From NCBI GenBank assembly GCA_044229845.1, contig JBGASG010000010.1, positions 125,462 to 189,461 of the forward strand: a stretch of DNA of 64,000 nucleotides, in the 5' to 3' direction. Positions 29,187 to 37,359 of the stretch are shown here, piece after piece. This DNA comes from Candidatus Obscuribacteraceae bacterium. GTDB lineage: Bacteria; Cyanobacteriota; Vampirovibrionia; Obscuribacterales; Obscuribacteraceae. The position numbers were made by a program, and so were the translations under genes. How positions within the stretch are numbered: position 1 is the stretch's first letter; every line of letters begins with the position of its first letter. The notes beneath the pieces are model-generated. The model had not been told where the DNA came from, ran no database searches, and saw only the letters and a list, made by a program, of their open reading frames with translations.

Positions 29187-29929
29187 TGGCAGGGGCGATT
29201 GCCATCACGGATGATTTCAACGAAGCCTACCCATGCGAAGACTCTTGGGCTGCAGTGTTCGTCCTTCCCGCTATCGTAACCACCGTGCCGTTCATGTTGC
29301 TATTACCGTCTGTTCAGGCTTTCGCTTCGCCCTTTTGTGAACTGTCGTACCCGGTTACTTTCATTTGCTGCATTCCTTGGCTAAGGCATATTTTGAGGGC
29401 TGCGCGTTTCTTGCTTTTTTCGTCAGACTTGACGGCAGTCGCCAGGTTTTTCTCCATGCTCGCCATCGCGGGTCTCGCCTTCAATGCATTAGTCCAAATC
29501 GCATCTGGAATACTATTCGACATCGCACGCCATCAATTAGGACCTGTTTTCCACGAGGACAATTTCGTCCAAACGATGGTGTTTGTCGTGCTGGCTGTAG
29601 TGGGATCTTTTTATGGCACGTGCTACTTGGTTCACAGAATCAAACAACAGAGATTGTTGTCGGTGAGTTCGGAGATTGGCACCTCGACTATCCTTTTCTT
29701 GGCATCAATACTTCCAGCTGCTTCAATATTTGTCGTCTATCTTGCCGCAGAGCATATCCCTAGTTTGGCCGGAGTAATCCGCGCTGTGGGAAGTAGTTCC
29801 ATCACCTACATTTACTACTTCGGTCTGGCTTTGTCTTACCTTATGACTTTCGGTGGACTCAAGCTAGTCAGCGCGGATCGGCAAGCATCGGCAGAAAGCA
29901 AGGCATCAATCCGGCAAAGCACACGCTAA
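29186..29929 (+). CDS. Array partner B2: about 6-TM membrane protein, candidate immunity protein
   Basis: TAATG stop/start overlap with A2; hydrophobic; homologous to B3 (YYFGLALSYLMTFGGLKL). Confidence 0.75.
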   Translation: MAGAIAITDDFNEAYPCEDSWAAVFVLPAIVTTVPFMLLLPSVQAFASPFCELSYPVTFICCIPWLRHILRAARFLLFSSDLTAVARFFSMLAIAGLAFNALVQIASGILFDIARHQLGPVFHEDNFVQTMVFVVLAVVGSFYGTCYLVHRIKQQRLLSVSSEIGTSTILFLASILPAASIFVVYLAAEHIPSLAGVIRAVGSSSITYIYYFGLALSYLMTFGGLKLVSADRQASAESKASIRQSTR

Positions 29930-30244
29930 GTGCAGACGCCTGCAAATCTCAACCACAAAAGATTCGTTTCCTCATCCGCCATCGCCGCCCCCGATGGCTC
30001 CACTCGCACACCGCGTCGGCCAGATCAACTAGATCAATCCGGGACGGAGAAAGCCCGAACTGGGGCTGGGGTGAGCAGATTACCAGGAATGTAGGCTATC
30101 CACGTATCGACCGGCGGAAGACATATCGCACCAGAATACGGGTTGATGAAAGGGCTGAGACAGGCTGAGCCCGGTTCGGCAATTTGCTCCAAGCCGGCTC
30201 CCTACAAACATCGGGATCTGGCGCCAATCTATAGATTCCAGTTC
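29906..30244 (-). pseudogene. Second deleted remnant of gene X
   Basis: Nearly identical to the 27585..27923 remnant; one extra A near 30036. Confidence 0.85.
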
Positions 30245-30334
30245 GCGAGTTCACCAATGGGCACTTCGCGACATTATCAGAACAACCGGGCACAATAGAG
30301 ATAGGGACAGATTCACAGTGCAGGAGAGTTGCGC

Positions 30335-31525
30335 ATGCCGCAAATCGAAACTGGTGACTCCGGAAAGACGCGCGACAGTCGAGATGTCGACCATGTTACT
30401 TCACACAAGGTCGCTGGAGAAAGCATCAGCGGTGAGCCGATGGCGCCCGCCTACGAGCCGAAGTTCAAGTCATTCTCTGGTATAGCCAAGCAAGGCGTAG
30501 ACCAGGTTTTGCACACTGTGTCCCAGTTCTGCATTGAGGACAAGGAGCAAGGCAAGCTCATAACGGCCACTGGAGAAAAGCCAGCATACGAGCCAAGACC
30601 CTCATTCCTGGAAGGATTGAAGCAAGCGGTACAGGGGCATTCGAAGGAAGAGGCTGATCGTCTTCAAGCTGAATTCTCGATCGCTTACATGACCAGAAAG
30701 GCGACTCAACTCTTTCAAGATGCCTCGGGCAGCATCGTTGACGGATTTCAGCGCTGCTTCGGCTTGGAGAACAAGAGCGCCAAGAATGCAGGGGCGCAAA
30801 ACCTGGGCGTCGATCAGGAAACTGGACAGCAAACGATAACCATAGGCAAGAGAACATATCCAGCGTCTGACATAACCGGGCAGTCTCTGGCGCAGATGTC
30901 TGATGTCCCAAATCAAACAGTGCCAGACGAATTGGAACATCGCAAGTTCGACGCCGGTGGAAAATGGATTTCAGCTAACCACATAGATTACTCGGAGAAA
31001 AATCCATTTTCTGGTGCGCCGGATGATGTGTTCGTCATCAGTGCCGAGGGACATGCTGGAAGGCTCATGAAGGGAAATCCGACACCTTGGGTTGGCCCTC
31101 TAATTGGCGGTTTCGTTCCCGGCGAGCGCCTGAGTTACCATACGCTGGCAGCGCTGATAAACCACTTACCTGAACGGAGATTTTTCCCGTCGGGCAGACG
31201 GCTAATTCTGGTAAACGCTTGCGAAAGCGGCCAAGCCGTCGAGAGTGAGCCCAACGAACTAATCGAGCCGGGATTTTCTAAGCGGAGCGCGGCTGCGCAA
31301 CTGGCTTTAATGTCTAACAGTTGGACCATTGGCGCAGTTGGCCCTATTGAGGGTGATACTGGTAAAGCCTACAGACCGAATTTGACAGGCGAGCACGTCC
31401 CATCGAAATGGATATTGTTCGATCCTAAAGGGAATGCTCGCTTGGAATTCGGCTCAAAAATGACAGAGGAAGATTGGGCAAAAGCAGAGTCTTTAGCCCG
31501 AAAAAAACTGGACTGGGCACAGTAG
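30335..31525 (+). CDS. Array effector A3: paralog of A2 with caspase/C80-like domain
   Basis: First ~125 aa identical to A2; VFVISAEGHAG...LILVNACESG...KWILFDP. Confidence 0.7.
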   Translation: MPQIETGDSGKTRDSRDVDHVTSHKVAGESISGEPMAPAYEPKFKSFSGIAKQGVDQVLHTVSQFCIEDKEQGKLITATGEKPAYEPRPSFLEGLKQAVQGHSKEEADRLQAEFSIAYMTRKATQLFQDASGSIVDGFQRCFGLENKSAKNAGAQNLGVDQETGQQTITIGKRTYPASDITGQSLAQMSDVPNQTVPDELEHRKFDAGGKWISANHIDYSEKNPFSGAPDDVFVISAEGHAGRLMKGNPTPWVGPLIGGFVPGERLSYHTLAALINHLPERRFFPSGRRLILVNACESGQAVESEPNELIEPGFSKRSAAAQLALMSNSWTIGAVGPIEGDTGKAYRPNLTGEHVPSKWILFDPKGNARLEFGSKMTEEDWAKAESLARKKLDWAQ

Positions 31526-31535
31526 GACCACCCCT

Positions 31536-32288
31536 ATGCCGGAAACAGTTGCCATCACAGATAACTGCACCGAACCGTGTTATCCATCTGAGATTGCGTG
31601 GACGACAGTGCTCGGACTTCCCGGTTTGGTAGCTCTCGTGCCCTTTGTGTTGCTATTGCCAGCTGTTCAGGCTTTCGCTCATGAATTCGCCTACGGCAAG
31701 ATACCAGATCTGGTCATTATCATGTGCTTCATCCCTTGGCTCAGACATGTTTTGACGACTGCCCGCTTCTTACTTTTTCACTCAGGTGAAACGGCAGTCT
31801 CCAGGCTTTGTTCCTGGCTCGCGATCGCGGGTCTTGCCTTAAATGCCTACATTCAAATCGCAAGCGGCGTAGTTTTCGATCTCGCTTGGCGAATTCTAGG
31901 AACAGTTATCACTGAAGAAAATTCTGTTCAAATTATGGTGCTTGTCGCATTGGGTGTATTGGGAGCTTGCTTTGGCAGTTGGTACCTGGCACACACCATC
32001 AGACAACAGCGATCTTTGTCGATGAACTCGGAGATAGCGACCTCGACAATGTTGTTTTTGGCATCGATACTCCCAGGTGCCTCTGTATTTGCCTTGGCTC
32101 TTGTCGCGAATTTTGTCCCAGGAGTGGTCGAGATATGGCGCACTGTCGGACCTCGCTCCATCGTCTACGCTTATTACTTCGGCCTAGCTTTGTCTTACCT
32201 CATGACTTTCGGCGGACTCAAGCTGATCAGCGTGGGTCGGCAAGCATCGGGACACGGCGCAGCATCAATCCGGCAAAGCACACGCTAA
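31536..32288 (+). CDS. Array partner B3: about 6-TM membrane protein, candidate immunity protein
   Basis: Starts 10 nt after the A3 stop; paralog of B2. Confidence 0.75.
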   Translation: MPETVAITDNCTEPCYPSEIAWTTVLGLPGLVALVPFVLLLPAVQAFAHEFAYGKIPDLVIIMCFIPWLRHVLTTARFLLFHSGETAVSRLCSWLAIAGLALNAYIQIASGVVFDLAWRILGTVITEENSVQIMVLVALGVLGACFGSWYLAHTIRQQRSLSMNSEIATSTMLFLASILPGASVFALALVANFVPGVVEIWRTVGPRSIVYAYYFGLALSYLMTFGGLKLISVGRQASGHGAASIRQSTR

Positions 32289-32936
32289 GTGCAAGCTCCG
32301 GCAAATCTCAACGACAAACGGATTGGTCTCCTCATCCGCCCAGCGCAGACTCCCGGATGGCTCCACTCGCACGCCGGCATCGGCAAGATCAACCAGATCA
32401 TCCGGCACCCAACTGAGGAGAAAGCCAGAACTGAGGCTGGGGTGAGCATTTCCGGAGATATAGGCTATCCAGGTATCGACCGGCGGGAAATTTTCCACAT
32501 CGAAGAAACCACCAGAACCCATCATGGCTGCGCCATCCCACATGCTGAGGGCGGGTTCGAAATAGATAAGCGAGCCCCGAGCACCATCAGCGAGCGATAA
32601 ATCGGCGCCACGATCCCTGAGACACTCGCTGCGGCTGGCTGCCACGCGTGCCATCTCCTCACACAACAACGCATCTGTGAGACTCAACAAGCGTCCCGGC
32701 TCGGTGAAAACGAAACGGCGCAAAGGCGCACCTTGCTTGTGTGCCGACTTCTCGATCAGGCGCCACTGGCGTTCCATGTTGCGGACGTCCAGTCCGGCAA
32801 ATTTCTCAAAGAATGACCGGTCGCTAAAGCCGGGCGTCGAATCGCACGCCAGGACCGACATATCGCACCAGGCGACGGTTTCGTGAAAGGGCTGAGACAG
32901 GTCGAGCCCCGGTTCGGCAATTTGCTGCTGGACCAT
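32265..32936 (-). CDS. Hypothetical protein X (GFFDVENFPPVDTW motif), intact copy
   Basis: AGGAGG RBS, then ATG at 32936 (MVQQQIAEPG...); 223 aa; convergent 24-nt overlap with B3. Confidence 0.7.
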   Translation of the reverse strand: MVQQQIAEPGLDLSQPFHETVAWCDMSVLACDSTPGFSDRSFFEKFAGLDVRNMERQWRLIEKSAHKQGAPLRRFVFTEPGRLLSLTDALLCEEMARVAASRSECLRDRGADLSLADGARGSLIYFEPALSMWDGAAMMGSGGFFDVENFPPVDTWIAYISGNAHPSLSSGFLLSWVPDDLVDLADAGVRVEPSGSLRWADEETNPFVVEICRSLHLACALPD

Positions 32937-33033
32937 GACAAAGCCTCCTATCCAAGCCGGCTCCCGACAAACATCGGGATCTGGCGCCAGTCTAGAGTTT
33001 CCTGCGAGGTCCGGATTCCAGTTCAATTATAGG

Positions 33034-34128
33034 TTATGAATGGGGCGTTCTGAAATGTGCATTGTAGGTGCCGAACCCGACATAAACTGCCAGTGTAATC
33101 AGTGAAACCCAGATTACGGCACACCTCAGCATCCGACTGCGATCTTCAGGAAGCACCAGGCGCTTGCCGATCGGATCGACAAGAAGAGCAGCGCTGAGCA
33201 GACTTTGCCGGGTCAACTCCAGCAGTTTTGTGCCACCCAGCAGCAGGAGCCAGAACGGCGCCAATACCAGCGCAGAGAGAAACGCCAGCAGTTCAAACAG
33301 ACCGAATTTCTTGTCCTTGTCCACCGCCGTATCAGCCCACGTCGGCGCCAGCATGTTGAACAACATGAATATCGGCGCAAGAACGATGACCGGCACCGCC
33401 ACTACGGCGCCGATCGCAACGATGGCTGCCAGCACGAATGCTCTCAGAGCATTGAAGAGCGGATTGCGGTTCTGCAGAACTTGAAGCAAATTCTGTTGCG
33501 CATTAGTGGAAGTTGGATTGAGGCGCAATGCTTCCAGAAAGAAGTCGAGTCCCTTCTCATTCTCCCCACGGGCAAACGCGCATATTCCTTTGTTGATATG
33601 CAAGTAGTCGTGTTCGGGATTGATAGCCAGAGCCTGGTCAAGAAACACTTCCGCTTCGTCGTGACGCTTCAGTTCTATCAACGCGATCGACGCCATCGAT
33701 AGAGAACGCAAGTGCCGCGGATCGACAGCCAAACCGGCACGCGCGCGCGTGAGCGTTTCATCCCACTGCTCTCTCGCACGGGCTACGTAAGCGTAAGTGC
33801 CATGGTTAGCCGCCTCCTGAGGATTGAGCCGCAACGCTTCTTTGATAGCTGCCTCAGCCTCGTTCAATTGCTTCTGATGGACATGCGCTTCCGCAAGCAC
33901 ATAGTGGCTCAGGTAGTTCTCCGGATTCAGTCGCACAGCAGCGCGACCAGCCTCCACCGCCGGTCCGTACTTCCCTTGTGCCGTCAAAATGAAGCCGAGC
34001 AAAATCTGTGCGTCGGCATCTTCGGGATACTCCGCAATAAAGAGCTGAATCTCGCGCTCGGCTTCGCGGTCCCGACCGATTGAATGCAGCGTCCGCGCTC
34101 GTTCGTAGCGGCTGGCGTCGGTGTTCAC
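33034..34128 (-). CDS. TPR-repeat protein with C-terminal TM helices
   Basis: Repeated A(V/L)RLNP / ALAINP TPR turns; three hydrophobic C-terminal segments. Confidence 0.85.
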   Translation of the reverse strand: MNTDASRYERARTLHSIGRDREAEREIQLFIAEYPEDADAQILLGFILTAQGKYGPAVEAGRAAVRLNPENYLSHYVLAEAHVHQKQLNEAEAAIKEALRLNPQEAANHGTYAYVARAREQWDETLTRARAGLAVDPRHLRSLSMASIALIELKRHDEAEVFLDQALAINPEHDYLHINKGICAFARGENEKGLDFFLEALRLNPTSTNAQQNLLQVLQNRNPLFNALRAFVLAAIVAIGAVVAVPVIVLAPIFMLFNMLAPTWADTAVDKDKKFGLFELLAFLSALVLAPFWLLLLGGTKLLELTRQSLLSAALLVDPIGKRLVLPEDRSRMLRCAVIWVSLITLAVYVGFGTYNAHFRTPHS

Positions 34129-34139
34129 CGTGCAGCGAT

Positions 34140-35300
34140 TTACTTGTTGAATGCCTGTCTGATCGCCGACGACATCTTCCAGATTTTGGTATCAGTCATG
34201 GCTTTGATCTGTTCTTGCAGCCGCGCATTCTCATCGCGGTAGTAGCGCAGCTCATCCTGCAAGCGCGCCATCTCTTCGTAGAAGGTGTTGGACTCCGCAT
34301 TGGCTGCCGCATCTGCCTGGTTGGGAAACTCGATGCGATAACGGTGTTGGCGACCCATCGGCGTCAGTTTCACGAACTTGTCGTTGAACAAGTTTTTCTT
34401 CAGCGGTTCGCCGGTACGAATATCATTCAATGGTGGCACATGATATTCGCCCGCTTTGGCATTGGAGAACATCGGTGCCCAGGGCACCACATTTTCGAAG
34501 TGATAGTGCGTCACTTGCGACTTGCGCGTGGAAAGCGAGTCAATGATAGCCTCGCCGCCGTGCAGCAGGTTTGCCGACCAGAGCAAGAATTCGCCTTTCT
34601 TCAACGTCAACTTGTGACGTTCGAAACCATTCTCTTGAGCGATGCTTTTAATACTCTGCTCGTAGAGTTTGTATTTGTGCATGGTGCGCGGGTTGTCCCA
34701 GGAGTTGGGACCTTCCCACGGCGCATCGGGATAGACGTACTCTTCCGCGATACCCATATCGTAGTAGTCGAACTCCGGCAGCTTGTGGCTGCCTGGGAAG
34801 TAGTGCAAGGGACCTTGCTTCAACGTAATATCTTCCAACGCTACCCACGCCGCGGCCATGAATCCGCGCGGCAACGAGCTGAAGTGAATAACATCGCTGT
34901 GGGTGGCTTGCTCAGTTCCACGCACGAAATTGAGCGTCTGGAACGGAATCGGCTCGCGACCATAGAGCAAACGCAGGATAGACAGAACTTTTTCGTGTGC
35001 GGCCACATCTTTGACCGCTTCGCATACACGCCACGCATCCTGATAACGACCGTCTTCGATCTTGTCCCAGACGTGCTCTTGAATCATGCGCGCGTGGGTT
35101 TCGTCGACGATCGATTCGGTGATAACGAGGTAGCCGTCTTCGCGATACTTGCGAATCAATTCCTTTTCGGTGGCGCTCAACGGACGGGCATCAATCAACC
35201 GATTGAACACCGGCGAATCCACCCACGGTCCCTGGAACGCGTCGTCGCGAGCGACCGGTGCCGCGTCCACAGCCGATGTAGTGCAGGACATTGATTGCAT
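34140..35300 (-). CDS. Phytanoyl-CoA dioxygenase (PhyH) family 2OG-Fe(II) oxygenase with coiled-coil tail
   Basis: HSD, WVALED, GPLHYFPGSH, LLHGG...RKS motifs. Confidence 0.88.
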   Translation of the reverse strand: MQSMSCTTSAVDAAPVARDDAFQGPWVDSPVFNRLIDARPLSATEKELIRKYREDGYLVITESIVDETHARMIQEHVWDKIEDGRYQDAWRVCEAVKDVAAHEKVLSILRLLYGREPIPFQTLNFVRGTEQATHSDVIHFSSLPRGFMAAAWVALEDITLKQGPLHYFPGSHKLPEFDYYDMGIAEEYVYPDAPWEGPNSWDNPRTMHKYKLYEQSIKSIAQENGFERHKLTLKKGEFLLWSANLLHGGEAIIDSLSTRKSQVTHYHFENVVPWAPMFSNAKAGEYHVPPLNDIRTGEPLKKNLFNDKFVKLTPMGRQHRYRIEFPNQADAAANAESNTFYEEMARLQDELRYYRDENARLQEQIKAMTDTKIWKMSSAIRQAFNK

Positions 35301-35577
35301 GCGAAATCCTCAAATCCTAGACGAGGCGCCCCTTGGGCTTTCGTCGCACTATATAGTAGTGCGTCGCGACGCCGGATCGGCACCACTTTAGATCATTCAC
35401 ACAATCCCAACGCGCGCCCGTTTCGGATACCTCAGCAATTACAGGAACTTCATGCTCCTGCGAGGCCCAAGATGAGCCAACGCTAAGAAATGTAGTGCGA
35501 TTGTCACCAGTCAGCGGCGCGCCGAGGCATCCCGTCGATATGATGAACACCGTAATGGCGCTTCACGGGCTCAGCTC

Positions 35578-36651
35578 ATGCACACAACCACTTCATACCA
35601 GCAACGAATTCGCCGCGCAGCTCTGGCACTGCTGGCAGTGTCGTTACTTCCGCTCTCTACTGCGAACGTTGCGCTGGCAGCGAACGGACAACCGCTGCAA
35701 GGAAACGCCAGCGTCAATTCCGAAGCGCTGAGATTGACGCGCGGCAAACCGAGACTCCAGTCGTCAGCTGAGCAGCAAGAGGTGGTTCCAGACAGTGGTC
35801 CGATGGAACTCGGTGCGCAGGACAACAATGGTTTCTTGCAAGAGCAAAAGCCATCCACCGCAGTTGACCTCGGTGCCTTCCAGACTGCGCCCCTGAATGG
35901 CAACGCCAACAACACCACGTTACCAGGCAAGGGCACGAGCACAAGCCGCGTGCAACTCCTGTCAGACTACGACATCGAATTGATAGTGGACAGCTCGTCG
36001 TCCATGAACGAAGACGATTGCCCTGGTGGCCTCTCGCGCTGGAACTGGTGCGGAATGCAGGCGACTGAGCTGGCTCGACAAATCTCGCCTTTCGCCCGGC
36101 GCGGGTTGACGATCACCACATTTGCAGCCAAGTATTACGTCTTCGAAAATTCCAGTCCGGCAGGCATAGCCGAGCTCTTCTCCAATAAATTTTTCCGCAT
36201 CGGCACGCGGCTGGCTGAGCCGCTGGATAACCGGTTGAACTCGTTTTTCAGTCGGCGTGGTCCCGGTTCCAAACCACTGTTGATCGCAGTAATCACAGAC
36301 GGACTACCTCATCCCAAAGAGGAACCGCAGATGGTGATCAATACTTTGATTCAGGCAACTCATCAGATGAAGAGCCCCAATGAAGTCACGATTGTCTTCT
36401 TCCAGATCGGGGCGGATGATCTGAAAGGACGCGCATTCCTCAGTTATCTCGATACGTCTCTCGTCAGTCAAGGCGCCCGTTTCGACATGGTGCGCACTAT
36501 TCCTTTCAATCACCTGATGCAAGTTGGGTTAGCTCAATCACTCGTCGAATCAATTCAAGAATTCGCCGCGCGCAATCGCCCGGCAAGCCGTCCCGCAGCA
36601 GCCGCCGCCGCCAGCAAGCCACGCGCCAAGCCGAAACGCGCCGGACACTAG
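35578..36651 (+). CDS. Secreted vWA-domain protein
   Basis: Signal peptide; MIDAS motif DSSSSM, GTRL, VITDG, FFQIG. Confidence 0.85.
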   Translation: MHTTTSYQQRIRRAALALLAVSLLPLSTANVALAANGQPLQGNASVNSEALRLTRGKPRLQSSAEQQEVVPDSGPMELGAQDNNGFLQEQKPSTAVDLGAFQTAPLNGNANNTTLPGKGTSTSRVQLLSDYDIELIVDSSSSMNEDDCPGGLSRWNWCGMQATELARQISPFARRGLTITTFAAKYYVFENSSPAGIAELFSNKFFRIGTRLAEPLDNRLNSFFSRRGPGSKPLLIAVITDGLPHPKEEPQMVINTLIQATHQMKSPNEVTIVFFQIGADDLKGRAFLSYLDTSLVSQGARFDMVRTIPFNHLMQVGLAQSLVESIQEFAARNRPASRPAAAAAASKPRAKPKRAGH

Positions 36652-37046
36652 TCTTGCCAATTTTCGACTTTCAGACCCGGAACTCGGCCGAACTCTTTAA
36701 CGTTATGGGTGATCACTGTCAGTCCGCGCGCTTTAGCCTGCCCCGCCAACAGCACATCATAGGGTCCGATCGGAGTACCGGCATTCGAGAGGAACGCCCG
36801 TATCTCGCCAGCCTCTCGCGCGTCTTCCTTATCAAACTCAACGACTTGAAAAAGTAGCGCATCAAAAATGTCTAGATTGTGTTTGACTCTTTTGCTTTTA
36901 TACGCGCCGAAGAAAAGTTCATGGGCTACGATTGAAGAAATAACTACATCTGCGGGCGGTACCTTCCGCACGCGCCGAGAGATCTTCGAATCCGAATCCT
37001 TCAGCAGTGCAATAACAGCGTTGGCGTCTAGGATGTATCGCATCAA
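36648..37046 (-). CDS. vapC: VapC PIN-domain toxin
   Basis: YILDAN, HEL, GPYDVLLAGQA, THNVKEF. Confidence 0.95.
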   Translation of the reverse strand: MMRYILDANAVIALLKDSDSKISRRVRKVPPADVVISSIVAHELFFGAYKSKRVKHNLDIFDALLFQVVEFDKEDAREAGEIRAFLSNAGTPIGPYDVLLAGQAKARGLTVITHNVKEFGRVPGLKVENWQD

Positions 37047-37288
37047 TCGAACAAGGAATCCAACTCTGGGCGCTCTTGCTGTTGGATGGGTTCCTTTACC
37101 GCCGCTGCACAGTCGTCATCTAACTTACCGGCGAGCACCGTAAGCCACGACCAGTCTGCTGGAATAGGTTCAAGAATCACGGTGCTACCGTGGCGCCGGA
37201 TGCGAACCGTCTCGCAATCAAACCGGAAGTCTTTGGGCAATCTTATGGCCTGCGAACGCCCGGACCAGAATACCTTTGCCGTTTCCAT
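37043..37288 (-). CDS. vapB: VapB antitoxin (AbrB/MazE-type)
   Basis: METAKVFWSGRSQAIRLPKDFRF; 4-nt overlap with vapC. Confidence 0.95.
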   Translation of the reverse strand: METAKVFWSGRSQAIRLPKDFRFDCETVRIRRHGSTVILEPIPADWSWLTVLAGKLDDDCAAAVKEPIQQQERPELDSLFD

Positions 37289-37307
37289 CGGCCTTCCTCC
37301 GCCTTGC

Positions 37308-37326
37308 TATATACCAATAGTATATA
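37308..37326. promoter_or_regulatory. Probable vapBC autoregulatory operator (inverted repeat)
   Basis: TATATAC-caata-GTATATA perfect 7-bp inverted repeat just upstream of the vapB GGAGG RBS. Confidence 0.7.
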
Positions 37327-37359
37327 CCACGAGGCATCCGTTCCGGGCTGTTCGTCGAT

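Larger units (their letters stand above)
25459..33024. repeat. Three-unit tandem array (units about 25459-27923, 27924-30244, 30245-33024)
   Basis: The leader GCGAGTT(T)CACCA...TTATCAGAACAACCGGGCACAATAGA...GCAGGAGAGTTGCGCATGCCGCAAATCGAAACTGGTGAC occurs three times; each unit ends in GATTCCAGTTC. Confidence 0.92.

Noticed and set aside
25459..33024. Diversity-generating retroelement or CRISPR explanation for the repeats
   Set aside because: No reverse transcriptase or cas gene; differences between copies include indels and all base types rather than A-specific changes; repeats are kb-scale, not short repeat-spacer units.
35361..35372. Perfect palindrome GCGTCGCGACGC in a divergent intergenic region
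   Set aside because: Single GC-rich occurrence that could be chance; no second copy noticed.
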